Made by a program: the position numbers and the translations under genes. DNA of 64,000 nt from a virus (taxonomy: Duplodnaviria; Caudoviricetes), in the IMG/VR virus record IMGVR_UViG_3300031853_000011, positions 37,042-101,041 of that record. One strand, given 5' to 3'. How positions within the stretch are numbered: the first letter of the stretch is position 1; every line of letters begins with the position of its first letter. Under the pieces are notes generated by a model that ran no database searches, was not told the origin of the DNA, and was given only the letters and a program-made list of their open reading frames with translations. Of this stretch, positions 12,204-24,707 are shown piece by piece.

Positions 12204-14270
12204 ATGGTAGATTTTAATTAGAAGATTCATAATACTGACAAATTCCGTCAAGCGGCTCTATTCTACCAAAAACATGGAACTTACACATTAGCTCCTGTTG
12301 GAACAACCGATTATGTACAATATTGGGATTAGGAAACAGAAAGATGTCTGCATGGGTATGTTGCTCCAGATGGAGATTCTATTTCTGGCTACCATTATTT
12401 CTATTTAAATTACTTCCCAATTCAACGTTTGGTTGAAACAAAATACACAGACAGACACGGAAACGAAAAAACTCGATTTATAAGAACATTGGAGTTTGCT
12501 GATTTTTACGATTACGACTATTATTATTTTAATGCTATAGAAGAAGCAGAAGACCTTGGTAAACACATGGTTGTACTAAAAGCCCGTGGTAGAGGTTATT
12601 CATTTAAAGGTGCTTCTATGCTTGTTCGTAATTATGAATTAATAAAAGGTTCTCAAAACTTTGCTGTCGCTTCAGAGGATTCTTATTTGTTAAATGACGG
12701 TTTATTGACAAAAGCTTGGGAAGGTATGGACTTTATAGATAAACATACTGCTTGGGCTAAACAACGTGTTGAGGACACTAAGAAGAAAAGAACTTCTGGT
12801 TTCCGTATTACTGACGAATTTGGTAAATAGACTATAGACGGTTATAAATCTTCAATAATAGGAATAACAACTAAGAACAACCCAGATCGTGTCCGTGGTA
12901 TTCGTGGACGTTTGATCTTATGGGAGGAGGCTGGTAAGTTTAAAGACATCTTACAGTCTTGGCAAATAGCGAGACCTTCAGTAGAAGACTCTGGAGGTAA
13001 TGCATTCGGTACTATGATTGCGTTTGGTACTGGTGGTTCTGAGGGTGCTGACTTTGAGGGATTGAAAGAAATGTTCTATCATCCTAAAGGTTATAATATA
13101 CTTTCATTCCCAAACATATGGGATGAGAAAGCATCTGATTAGGAATCAGGGTTTTTTGTACCAGCTTGGTCTAACGTTACCACAATTGATCCAGTAACAC
13201 GTCAACGTGTATGTATGGATGAGGATGGTAACTCATTTAGAGAGAAATCAATTTAGTACTGTATAGATAAGCGTAAAGAGGTTCAAGATGGAGCTTCAGA
13301 ACAAGTTACGGTAGATAGATACGTAGCAGAGAATCCTCTTACGCCTCAGGAATCAATCTTGGAAATTGGTGGAAATATTTTCCCTAAGAAGTTGCTGATG
13401 TAGCAATTAGCTAGAATCAGAACTAATAAGAAGCTCCAGAGCATGAAACATATTGTAGATCTTTCTTGGGACGGTAATGGTAATGTAAAAGCTATCGAAA
13501 AGAAACAAGGTGATATAACAGAATACCCATTACCTAAAGATAAGAAACCAGAAGGATCTGTTGTTATATGGGAATACCCGATTAAAGATCCTCCGTTCGG
13601 TTTATATATAGCTGGAATGGACCCTTATGACCATGATGAGAGTTTTACTAACTCACTTGGTTCAATGTTTATTTATAAGAGATTTAAAGCTGGAGAAGCT
13701 TGGACAGATGTTATAGTAGCGGAATATTCTGGTAGACCGGCTACGGCTGAAGAATACTATGAGAACGCTAGAAAACTATTAACATTATATAATGCTCGTT
13801 TGTTATTTGAGAATGAGCGTAAGGGTATTTATCCATATTTTACTAATAAACATTGTGACTATCTACTAGCTGACCAACCTGATAAAGTACTTACAGAGGT
13901 ATTTAAAGATTCTAAAGTACAAAGACGAAAAGGTTGTCATATGACAAAGTAGATAAGATAGTACGGAGAAGGATTGATTAAAGAATGGCTCGAGGAAGAA
14001 TATGAGCCTGGACATCCTAATCTAGAAAGAGTATACAGTGAACCTTTACTTGAAGAGTTGATAATGGACGATCAAGTCCGAAATGTCGACCGTGTCATTG
14101 CTTTATGTATGACATTGATATATCGAGAAGAATTGTATTAGGTGAAGGTATCCGCTGCAAAAGAAAAAAATAAACAGGTTGAACTCTTTGAGATGCCCTT
14201 ATTTAGCAACGAATGGTTTGCTGACACTGATGTAGGCACACAAGATGATATACCGACATTTACATTTTGA
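12204..14270 (+). CDS. terL: Terminase large subunit (688 aa)
   Basis: Walker A-like VLKARGRGYS, Walker B ILWEEAG, AFGTGG, nuclease motifs IAGMDPYD, FENE, NVDRV. Joined through TAGs; ends in TGA. Confidence 0.93.
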
Positions 14271-14273
14271 CAA

Positions 14274-16778
14274 ATGATAAGAGTAGAAGATAATTTATAC
14301 AATGCTAACTTTCCACAACAAAAACTACCTTTGTCTAAAAAAGACGAGTAGTGGCAACACGATTGTGTGAATTTTATTATAGGTGAAGGAAACGTTGTTT
14401 CTGGTGGAATGCAGAAGACATCGTTCGGAGAGTTACAAACCTATTATGATCTCTACAACAGTGTATTTGATGAAAAAGATTTTAAACGAATAACTAACCC
14501 GTTTAAAGTAGAAGACGGTTTCCCTGCAACTCCTTAGGATTTCAATATCATAAGACCTAAGATTGATTTGCTTATAGGTGAGGAAACAAAGCGTCCAATG
14601 AATTTCAGAGTTGTTAGAACTTCACAAGAGGCTACGTCTGAATTAATGGATAAAGAAAAGCAGATGCTGATCAATTACATAATGGCAGCAATTACTGCAA
14701 GAATGAGTCCTGAAGAACAAGAACAATTTCAGCAACAGATGGATAATGGTGAAGTAATGCCTCCTGAAGAAATTGGAAAATACATGCGTAGAGATTACAA
14801 AGATGTTATTGAAAATACAGCGTATCATACTTTAACATACCTGAGAGAAAAGCTAGGTATTGATAATGAGTTTATTAAGGGTTGGAAAGACGCCTTAATA
14901 GCAGGACATGAAGTATACTACGTTGGTGTTGTTAATGGCGATCCTTATATGGAACGCGTTAATCCAGTTTATTTCTCATACGACAGAAGCCCTGATCTTG
15001 AATTTATAGAGGATGGATCGTGGTGCTGTAGACGTATGAGACTTCCTATTTTTGAGATTTATGATAGATATAGTGACAAGTTAAGTGCGAAGGATCTTGA
15101 TAAATTACAAGAGATGCTTACCGGTAGACCATCAAACGATATGGGTGAGAAGGATCCTGTTGATAACTTCAACCACATTAACATGCACATATATGATAAT
15201 CCTATATTCGATCAAAAGACTAGATATAATGTAAACGTATGGCACTGTTGTTGGAAATCTTTTAAGAAGATTAATTATGTTACAGTGCTTGATGAAAACG
15301 GTCAAGCTTAGATCGAAATAGCTGATGAGTTCTATAAACCAGTTGGTACTGAGTTGTCAGTAGAACCTGACTGGGTTGTCGAAGTATGGGAAGGTTATAG
15401 AGCAGGAAGTGATTTGTACTTTGGAATACAACCTATCGAATATCAACATTTTAGTATTGATAATCCTAATAGTCAGAAACTTCCTTATTGTGGTGCTATA
15501 TATAGTAACACGAATAGTAGACCTAGATCTCTTGTAAGTATCTTAAAACCACTACAGTATATGTACATTGTATTGTGGTATAGATTAGAGTTAGCAATCG
15601 CTAGAGATAAAGGAAAGGTTGTTAACATGGATATTACTTAGATACCTAAGTCAATGAACATAACACCAGCAAAATGGATGCATTATTTATCAAGTGTTGG
15701 TGTTAATTTTATTAATCCTTACGAGGAGGGGTGGAATATTCCAGGTCGTGAAGGTGGAAAGCCAGCCTCATTTAACCAGATTACTTCGTTAGACCTCACG
15801 ATGTCTAATGTCATTGCTGAATATATTCAGCTAATGGATAAGATAGAACAACTAGCAGGTACTATATCTGGCATTACAGAGCAACGACAAGGTGCAATTA
15901 GTTCTTCTGAACTTGTCGGAAATGTTGAGAGGTCTGTAGTTCAGTCTTCTCATATAACAGAACCTTTATTCTGGGTACATAATCAATGTAAGAGACACGT
16001 ACTCAATATGCTTCTTAATACTGCAAAAGGAGCTTGGGAAGGTACTGGTAAAAAGAAGCTTCAATATATTTTCGATAATGGCGAAAGGGCTTTTATCGAT
16101 ATACAAGACAAGTTCTATTATGAAGACATGGATGTATTTGTAAGTGATACATCAAAAGATTTGGAGAATGTTCAGAAACTTCAACAGCTTATTCAACCTG
16201 CTATGCAGAATGGTGCTAGCTTGCTCGAGGCTGCAGAAATCCTTACAAATGATAACTTTAACATCATTAAACAAAAACTTAAGGAAATGCAAGATCGTCA
16301 AGAGCAGTTACAGCAACAGCAAGCAGAACAGGAACAGCAGAATCAAATGCAACTTCAACAGATGGCTAATGAAGCTAAAGAACAAGAACTTATGCTTAAA
16401 GAAGCTGAAATAGATCTTCAGAGATATAAGATCGACGCTGACAACCAGACTAAGATTGCTGTAGCTGAGATTTCTACATACCGTGGTAGTGAAGAAAAAG
16501 ATATTAACAACAACGGTGTTATAGATCCTGTTGAGATTGCTAAGAATGCTACTGCTCAGCGTAAGATCGATCAAGATGCATATCAAAAACGATATGAAGC
16601 TAGACAAAAGCGTGAAATAGAAGACGCTAAGATAGATCTTGAGAAGAAGCGTATGTAGCACGAGATGGAGCTATAGAAACAGAAAGATGATGCTGCGTTA
16701 GAGAGAGAAAAAATAAAAGCCAGAACAGCTTTAAAAAACAAGGTTGCTGGAGAAAGTTCAACATCTAAATCTAAGTAA
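14274..16778 (+). CDS. Portal protein (834 aa)
   Basis: Directly after terL. NIIRPKIDLLIGEE and ISGITEQRQG motifs, Q/E-rich C-terminal coiled coil typical of crAss portals; fragments joined by TAG. Confidence 0.88.
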
Positions 16779-16780
16779 TT

Positions 16781-19700
16781 ATGAGGGGGAATTATGTATC
16801 TCCCTCTGAGTTACTTCAGGCTCAGAGAGAGACTGGAAAATCTTATTGGGATTTGATTGGTCAGCCTTTAACACCTGCTGTAGGATATAACATAAACAAT
16901 CCGTATAGTGAAAGTGAAAAATCCTATAAGCAATGGTACAATACTGATACAAAACAAACAACTCAGTAGGACACTAAGACTTCTAACGATTAGGTTTTAA
17001 ACGAATTAATATAGAATTATAATAATCTATAGGCTTCTATGAACAAACCTAAAGAGTAGAAAGAATATGAATATGATGATTTACCTTCTTTTAAAAAAGG
17101 TAAAGATAAGTTTACTTCTTTTGCACAACAACTTGGTCCTAAGATTTACAAAGAAATGAATAAACGAGGTGTTTATTCAGATGCAGCTTACGACAATGTT
17201 ATGCGACAATTAGCAATGGAAAGTTCTTATGGTTAGAGTGATGTTGCTCTAAAAAACCATAACTACGGCGGAGTTGGATTTAATGGAAAAACGTATTTTA
17301 AGTATAAAAACGATGATGCGTTTGTTAAAGACTACATTAGAATGATGAAGTCTAAATATGGCGCAGCACTAAAAGCTAAAAATACAACTCAATACGCTAA
17401 GGCTTTAAAAGCTGGCGGTTATTATCAAGACAGTCTTGAAAACTACACAAACAAGTTAAACGCAATGAGTAGTATGAGCGCCGCCGCAAAAAGACACAGA
17501 TTGCTAAATCCAAAGATGTATGAATACTAGGTATTACTTTCTGACATGGAAGAACCTGCTGTATCTACTAGGGTTGAAAAACCTATAAACAAAGAACCTA
17601 TTGTTAATACTCCAATTCAAACAGAAGCTCCTTTAATTCCAAGACCTGAATATTTAGAATCTAACAGTCTTATAAGGAAGTCTTTTTAGTAGAACATGAG
17701 TAACATGTTGTAGGGTAGAGAGTTTTAGTTTACTTTACCAGGATTTAAAGGTGGTAAAGATTCTGGTATAAAAGAATATGTGTCTAATGAGTTTGCTATG
17801 GGTGGAGATACTTCTAATACTGTTCCATTAGGAAGAAGATACTGGCAGGCTCAAAGCAATGCTCCTACAATCTTAGAGAAAAAGAATACTTGGGTAAAGC
17901 AACAGAAAGCTATAAAAGATAGAAAGGATAAAGCTCTTAGGAAGTGGCTTCAAACAAAAGGAGTAAAAGAACTAAATAAAGAAGTTAAAGATTATCTTAC
18001 TACTTCTAATGATAATACTTGGGTAGAAAATAGAAATCCTATGGTAAAAGCTTCTAAACATAAAAATCCACATCTTACTGAAAGATCTGTAAAAGGAGCT
18101 AAAGCCCATGCAGCATGGGAGAAGGAACATCCTAATCTTACTGCTTGGAGTTATTTACCAAGTGCAGCAGTACTAGGTACTGCATTAGCTCCCTTAGGGG
18201 CAACAGGATTATCAGGTATTTCAGCTTTGGGTGATGCAGCAGCTGCTACTTCAGCTGGACAAGCAATAACTTCTGGATTAGCTCCATTGGTAACAGCGGC
18301 TTCTACAAATGTTGCTGGTGCTCCATTATACACATGGGCTGATGCTGGTTTATCTTCAGTATTTGGAGCACATGGTATTCAAACTGCTATTAATGAGGGT
18401 GGAATATCTCCTACAACAGCTCTTGAAATAGCTCCATTAGGAAGATTAGCTAGACCTATATTTAATAAAGCTGCAACAGCTATAGAGAACTACAGATACC
18501 CTATAGGGAGACCTCAGGTTCCTGAAAACTTTCTTACTGTCAAGCCACAAGTTAGAACAAGAGTTGGAGATGTAGAAATTGACAATCCAAACCTACTATA
18601 TCATCTTGATAGAGGCGATGAGGCAGGTGCATTTAGTACTCAAGGAGCTTATGTAGAAGATGGCTTTCTCTTCCCAGGAACTCCGAAAGATGCTTCTGAT
18701 ACTCCTTATAGTTGGTGGAATAAAGGCAAACCCTATGCAACAGCTGTAAATGGGCAACCTATGACTAGGCTTATGACCACAACTGAAGACACTCCAGAAA
18801 TGCTTCATGTCAGGAGTCAGAACTATCCTATAGGTCAATGGAATGGTAAGAGGGGACTTGTTTTGAACTCTGAATATGTAAATCCTGAAGGAGTTAATGT
18901 GTCAAAAAGTACCTATACTTTAGATCCTAATTATGGATGGAGAAGAGTCTTTGCAGAAGAGGCTCCTACTATAGAATGGACAGATGCTGTAAAACCTCCT
19001 AAGATAACATCTGAAAATGCCGCAAGTATAACTCCTGAACAATGGACTGCTGCTCAAGATGCTGCTATTGCTAAAGGTGATATGGCTGAAGCTCAAAGAT
19101 TGAAAGATTTGCATTTTAGGACTAAAGCTTCTGATAATATGATATCTAAGCCTGAAGGATGGCATCAAACTAATACTAATTTTAATGCTTTTGATTTAGG
19201 AAGAAGTAACAATAAAAATTTAGATGCTCTTGGTATAACAGGGGTATATACTAAAAATACCGATGCTGATATTTTAGGTACTCAATACCCAATTCAAATG
19301 CGTGTAAATAGATATGCAAAAAAACCTCTAGAAATTAATACAAAAACAGACCTATTAGATATAATTCCAGGATTAAAAGAAAAAGTTCAAGAATATAAAA
19401 ACATATATGATACAAAAAGAAGTTTGCTTGACCTACTAGCAGAAAGAAGTAATCCAAATACTACAGCAATAAGGAAGACAGAAATAAACAAACAAATAAG
19501 AGCATTCCAGGACAATTATCAGCAACAACTTTATAAAGCCATAGAAGATAATAAATCCCTCATAGATAATTACCTAAAAGAAAATAATTATGATGCAGTT
19601 TTAATTAAAAAGGATTATTCTGGAAATGGGCTGGATAACTTTGGAAGATATACAGATACTGAAGTATTATTGTCTCCTAGTCAAATAAAATTAGCAGACG

Positions 19701-19876
19701 CAGTAACATTTGATGATAATGGTGTTAGAATTCCTTTAGGGGAAAGAGATAATTTTAAACTTAATGATCTTAGATACGGACTTCTTCCATTTGGTATAGG
19801 GTTAACAGGATATGGTTTGCTTAATAACCAAAAAACATCTAGAGGTTCTGCTCGTAAGGGTAATACTAAAAAATAA
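16781..19876 (+). CDS. Polyvalent virion cargo protein (1031 aa): GH73/glucosaminidase-like domain, hydrophobic Gly/Ala region, C-terminal ART-PolyVal-like domain
   Basis: One frame across TAGs. QLAMESSYG..NHNYGG..YAKALKAGGYY (about 17190-17460). WHQTNTNFNAFD..YDAVLI..SPSQIKLADAVTFDDNG..DLRY (about 19160-19780). Confidence 0.75.
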
Positions 19877-19881
19877 TAAGT

Positions 19882-20073
19882 ATGAAAATGGAAGTAGAAG
19901 ACCATAAGGGTATAATTCGTCAGATAGAACTTACAAATGACGACTTGATAGAATACGCAAAATCTTTGTATGAACCAACACCCAAAGAAAGGGTAATATG
20001 TGTATCAAAGGATGTGTATAATATGATAGAAGAATTACGTAGAAATAACTACGATAAAAATATTAACAAATAA
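19882..20073 (+). CDS. Small hypothetical protein (63 aa)
   Basis: ATG..TAA ORF filling the gap on the coding strand. Confidence 0.55.
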   Translation: MKMEVEDHKGIIRQIELTNDDLIEYAKSLYEPTPKERVICVSKDVYNMIEELRRNNYDKNINK

Positions 20074-20095
20074 CATAAATATAAATTTATAATTT

Positions 20096-21304
20096 ATGAG
20101 TAGAAAGAAAAATGAAAATCCATCGTTGTTAGACGAAGCGCTTTCTATATTTACAAATTCTGAAGGCGCAAGTGAGGTTACTAACCTTGACGATCAAACA
20201 TACGATGTTGATGACGATCACGAAGATGATGCACCAGGAAACGATAAAACTGAAGACATCGTAAAACCTGAGGATGATGACAATAAGACGGATGACACTA
20301 TCGACAGCGAAACTGATGACGATAATAGTGATATCCCACAAGATGTGTTAGATAGAATGAACGGTAACAAACCGGTTGATAATAACACTGAAAATGATGA
20401 TGATAACAAAGGTGGTGTTGACAACAATAAAACAGAAGATGATGTTGACGCAGGAGACCTTGCAGAAGCTGAACAAGTTTCAGCACTGTTTGACGCTGTT
20501 ATTGAATCATTTGGTTTTAATCCGGAAGATATTGAAGAGAAGAAACGTCCTTTAACTGTAGATGGCTTAACAAGCTATTTTAAAGAGATGATTAATGAAA
20601 ACTCAGTACCACAGTATGCAGATGAGCGAGTTCAGAAACTTGACGAATATGTAAAGAATGGTGGTAATTTTGAGGATTTCTATCAGATACAGCAGAAGGC
20701 TATGGATCTTCAAAATATCGATATCGAGGATGAAAGTAATTAGAAAGCAGTTGTACGTGAGCTTCTTAAACGTAATGGATACTCTGATGATAAGATCGAA
20801 AGACGCATTGAGCGTTTTGAGGATGCAGATATGTTGGAAGAGGAAGCAGAAGACGCTCTTGATAGACTTAGAGAACTTCAGCAGAAGGATCTCGAAGACG
20901 CTGAAAAAGAACAAGCAGAATACCGGCGTCAACAGCAAGAGGAAGCTCAGCAGTTCTTTGCTGATGTCAGTGGAAAGATTAATAAACTGACAAAGATTCG
21001 TGGTATTAATGTACCACAATCAGACCGTAAAGCATTATATGATTATATATTTAAAACAGATGCACAAGGTTTGTCACAGTATCAAAAAGACTTTAATAAG
21101 AATCTTACAAAGAACTTGATTGAATCTGCTTATTTCACGATGAAAGGCGATGCTCTAATTTCAGAAGCTTAGAGAGATGGAGAGTCATCCGCTGCTAAAA
21201 GACTTAGAAGCATGTTGAGGAATAGTAACAAGAATCATTCTTCAATCGATGTCAAAGATGAAAAACAACCTCAGGCATGGGAAATCGCGTCAAAGTTCCT
21301 ATGA
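20096..21304 (+). CDS. Acidic protein preceding MCP, probable scaffolding protein (402 aa)
   Basis: D/E/N-rich N-terminus, coiled coil, immediately upstream of MCP. Two TAGs; ends in TGA. Confidence 0.75.
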
Positions 21305-21329
21305 TGAGAATTAATTAATTTAAAATTTT

Positions 21330-22853
21330 ATGAATAACGGTTTATTGAATAATCTTCAGCTTTATCGTGGAAAACGTTTTAGCGATTTGGTTGATGAAAA
21401 TATGATTTCTAACGCTTTACTGACAAAGCCTCATGAGGTAGCTGGTTTGCTTTCTCTAGTATTTGGTACAAAGGACGATGGTGTTTCTACAGCAATCGAT
21501 TTGATTACAGGTGGACTCGGTAAGACAATGATTATCGAGAATAGAGAATATGAGTGGTCAGTAATGATCGATGCAGATCATGCTGTTAATATCCGTTGGG
21601 CTAAGGCTAACGGTCAGGAGATTACTTCTGCAAACTATGCTAATGCAACAGCTGGTTTGAATGGTGCTCCTATTTACATCGCTCTTGAAGAGCGTTGGTT
21701 CGGTCCAGGTGCAATCCTCTCATTTGACAACATTAACTTCCAGGTACGTGTAAACGGTACTCCTTATCAAGATGGTAGTGCTTGGGTTTACGAGTGTTAT
21801 GTAGCTGAAGGTTTCGCTGGTGCTTATATCCCAGGTGAATATCTTCTCCCAGGTCGTCAGGTAAGTCGTATCGGTTCTGCATACGAAGAGTACAGTGATG
21901 AGGCAGATATCATCAATTATCAGACTCCATTCAAGATGCGTAACAACCTTACAACTCTTCGTTTGACTTATGATATTACAGGAGATGCTTATTCTACAGT
22001 ACTTGCTATTGCATTGAAGGATCCTGAAACAGGTAAGACTTCTTATTTGTGGTCTGATTATCAGTATTGGATTGCTCTTCGCGAGTGGAAAAAGCGTGAG
22101 GAGAGACAGCTTCTCTTCGGTAAGTCTAACCGTAACGCTGATGGTACATATAATACAAAGGGTACAAACGGTCGTCCAGTAGCTATTTCAGCTGGTTTGT
22201 TCGAGCAGATCGCTCCAGCTAACGTACGTTACTATACAACTTTGACAGCTGAGTTGCTCGAAGATTATCTGTTCGATCTCTGCTACAACATTCTTGGTAC
22301 AAACGAGCGTAAGTTCATTGCACTTACAGGTGAGATGGGTATCCGTGAATTTGACCGTATTTTGAAGGAGAAGGTTGCTAGCTTCAATATGATTGATACA
22401 CACTTCGTAACAGGTTCTGGTCAGGATCTTGCACTCGGTGGTCAGTTCACAACTTATAAGATGACTAACGGTATCGAATTGACATTGAAGAGATGTCCTA
22501 TGTTTGATAATATGGAACTCTTCCGTCAGCTTCACCCACTTACAGGTAAACCATTGATGTCTTACACATTCTTGTTCGTAGATCTTGGTTCACGTGATGG
22601 TCAGGCTAACGTAGTTAAGGTATGTCGTAAGGGTCGTGAGTTTGTACAGTGGACAACTGGTGGTTCTGTAATCCCAAGTGGTTACGGTAATTCTATCAAT
22701 ACTTTGCGTTCTAACAGCCGTGATGGTTACCAGGTACACTTCCTTGGTGAAGAGGGTATCATGTTACGTAACCCACTGTCTTGCGGTATCTTATATTGCG
22801 ATGCTGAAGATACAGAAATTAGCAACAACGGTGGTTTGTCAGTTGCTGCGTAA
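21330..22853 (+). CDS. Major capsid protein (507 aa)
   Basis: crAss-type size and position (terL-portal-...-scaffold-MCP), strong high-expression codon bias (cgt, ggt, ttc, aac), no TAG. Confidence 0.9.
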   Translation: MNNGLLNNLQLYRGKRFSDLVDENMISNALLTKPHEVAGLLSLVFGTKDDGVSTAIDLITGGLGKTMIIENREYEWSVMIDADHAVNIRWAKANGQEITSANYANATAGLNGAPIYIALEERWFGPGAILSFDNINFQVRVNGTPYQDGSAWVYECYVAEGFAGAYIPGEYLLPGRQVSRIGSAYEEYSDEADIINYQTPFKMRNNLTTLRLTYDITGDAYSTVLAIALKDPETGKTSYLWSDYQYWIALREWKKREERQLLFGKSNRNADGTYNTKGTNGRPVAISAGLFEQIAPANVRYYTTLTAELLEDYLFDLCYNILGTNERKFIALTGEMGIREFDRILKEKVASFNMIDTHFVTGSGQDLALGGQFTTYKMTNGIELTLKRCPMFDNMELFRQLHPLTGKPLMSYTFLFVDLGSRDGQANVVKVCRKGREFVQWTTGGSVIPSGYGNSINTLRSNSRDGYQVHFLGEEGIMLRNPLSCGILYCDAEDTEISNNGGLSVAA

Positions 22854-22871
22854 TAAATAATGTTAAATATT

Positions 22872-22915
22872 AATGTTCGAACCCTGGCTCGGGAAGAGCC
22901 GGGGAACTCGACATT
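22872..22915 (+). terminator. Stem-loop downstream of MCP (terminator or mRNA-stabilising hairpin)
   Basis: AATGTTCGA..CCCTGGCTC-GGGAA-GAGCCGGGG..TCGACATT; no clear U-tract. Confidence 0.55.
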
Positions 22916-22939
22916 ACAACATACTAAATTATATAATTT

Positions 22940-23692
22940 ATGGTAGTTGAATTAAAAATTAAGAAGAAAAATCCCTGGGCTGGTTTGTTGAAGTATCGTC
23001 ATTGTTTCGATTACATTGCTCCTTATTTTACTAGATCCGGGTCGATATACACAGGTTTAACACCTGAGGATGAAAAATATTTTGAAAAAGCTTTAGGTTA
23101 TCCAGAGGGTCATCTTTCAAAAACAAGTCCTTTTTGGCAGACGTTTTGTGTAAAGGTTGGTGCTCGTGGTTTACTTTTAGACGATCAGTTTGCTCTACAG
23201 CAGTTACAGATTAAGTTTTTAACTAATCATAAGAGAGTAGCTACATCACTTGACAAGCTTAATGCAGGTAAAGATTATCTGTTGATCAACCGTGAGGCTG
23301 AGGCTGTCGAGAAGAATAAAGTTAACAAGATCCGTCGTGATGCTATTAAGGCATTTGATAAGCTTACGCTTGACGACATGCGTAAGTGTCTTAGATTGTT
23401 TGGTATTCGTGGTGACAATATGTCAAACGAACTTGTTGAATCTACTGTATTTGATATTATTGATAAACAACCTAAGAGATTTATGGATAAGTGGGTTAAC
23501 AACAAGACAAAGGAGACAGAGTTCCTTATTGAGGAAGCTATCGCTAAAGGTATTATTAGAAAAGAACACACTCAGTATTGGTACGGTACAGATCAGTTCG
23601 CTGATTCACTTGCTGATGCTGTTGCATATCTTGATAGTAAGAAGAACCAGGATCTAAAGTTATCTATTATAAACGAAACAAAGAATAAGTAA
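22940..23692 (+). CDS. crAss-like structural protein downstream of MCP (250 aa)
   Basis: Intact TAG-free ORF with high-expression codon usage, in the head cluster. Confidence 0.75.
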   Translation: MVVELKIKKKNPWAGLLKYRHCFDYIAPYFTRSGSIYTGLTPEDEKYFEKALGYPEGHLSKTSPFWQTFCVKVGARGLLLDDQFALQQLQIKFLTNHKRVATSLDKLNAGKDYLLINREAEAVEKNKVNKIRRDAIKAFDKLTLDDMRKCLRLFGIRGDNMSNELVESTVFDIIDKQPKRFMDKWVNNKTKETEFLIEEAIAKGIIRKEHTQYWYGTDQFADSLADAVAYLDSKKNQDLKLSIINETKNK

Positions 23693-23711
23693 TTCTTTTA
23701 AAACGACATAT

Positions 23712-24707
23712 ATGACGCACGGTGATTTAAAAACTAAATACTTGATAGGATACGACAAGGCCAATATTACTTCGTCATATCCGTCGCTAACAGATTACGA
23801 AATCGCTACTGTATTCGATAAAGCTTATAATGCACTTATTGCACAAAAGCTTACAGGTAACAATCCTAGAAGAGTTTCTTTCGAAGGAGATACAAAAGCT
23901 ATCGAAGACTTAAGACCTTTAATAACAACTAAGAAAGCAAATGCTTATAAATCCTATTATTTAAAAGACGAGTATTATTGGGAGAACACCTCTCTTGGTG
24001 ATATTGCACCAGATAGTACAGAAGATCCATTGAGTGCTGAGTTTGCTAATAAACATAATATAGTTCGATTGGGTACAAAAGCAACAGGAAGTCCTTATTC
24101 GGCTAAAGGTTACGGACCGTATACGTTAGAAGAATTAACTGATGAAAATGGAGACGCAGTTGAAGTTGGAATATATTATCAGTTTATAAACAACGAAGAC
24201 GTAAGTAAAGATAGAACAGTATGGGTTCTTGTTCAAAAAGAAGGCATTGCTGACACAAGTAACGGAGTTGAAAACCTGGTTGAATTCTCATTACCTACAA
24301 ACATGATGTATTATATACAAAGTGTTGTTAGTTTAAATAAATCTGGATTTGCACCAACTTCTACAGTTGTAACACTGGTTAGTCATGAAGTTGCTAAAAA
24401 CTTCTTTGCAACAAACTACAACAAACCGTGGATTAAAAATACAATTGGTTATATAGAAAATGAGAAAATAACATTATTATATGACTCATTTGAATATGAT
24501 AAAAAACCATCTGACTTATTTATCACATTTATCAAAGAACCTACTAAATTTGTAAAAGCGGATAACACTGTTGATTTTACATCGGAGTTTGAATTAAACG
24601 AAACAATGGCTGAAGAGCTAGTAAACCTAGCGATAATAATGTCGCTAGAAACGGTTGAATCTACTAGATTAACAAGTAAAGTACAAACAAGACCTCTTGA
24701 ATCATGA
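23712..24707 (+). CDS. Putative ring/head-tail connector protein with a ~90-aa inserted domain (331 aa)
   Basis: N-terminal YDK..LTDYEI..AY..SFEGD..EDLRPL and C-terminal EELVNLAI pattern shared with the next two genes. Confidence 0.65.
   Translation: MTHGDLKTKYLIGYDKANITSSYPSLTDYEIATVFDKAYNALIAQKLTGNNPRRVSFEGDTKAIEDLRPLITTKKANAYKSYYLKDEYYWENTSLGDIAPDSTEDPLSAEFANKHNIVRLGTKATGSPYSAKGYGPYTLEELTDENGDAVEVGIYYQFINNEDVSKDRTVWVLVQKEGIADTSNGVENLVEFSLPTNMMYYIQSVVSLNKSGFAPTSTVVTLVSHEVAKNFFATNYNKPWIKNTIGYIENEKITLLYDSFEYDKKPSDLFITFIKEPTKFVKADNTVDFTSEFELNETMAEELVNLAIIMSLETVESTRLTSKVQTRPLES

Noticed and set aside
12204-22853. Introns or inteins in terL, portal or MCP (common in some crAss lineages)
   Set aside because: Lengths are ordinary, frames are continuous, and I saw no intein C..HN ends or homing-endonuclease motifs.
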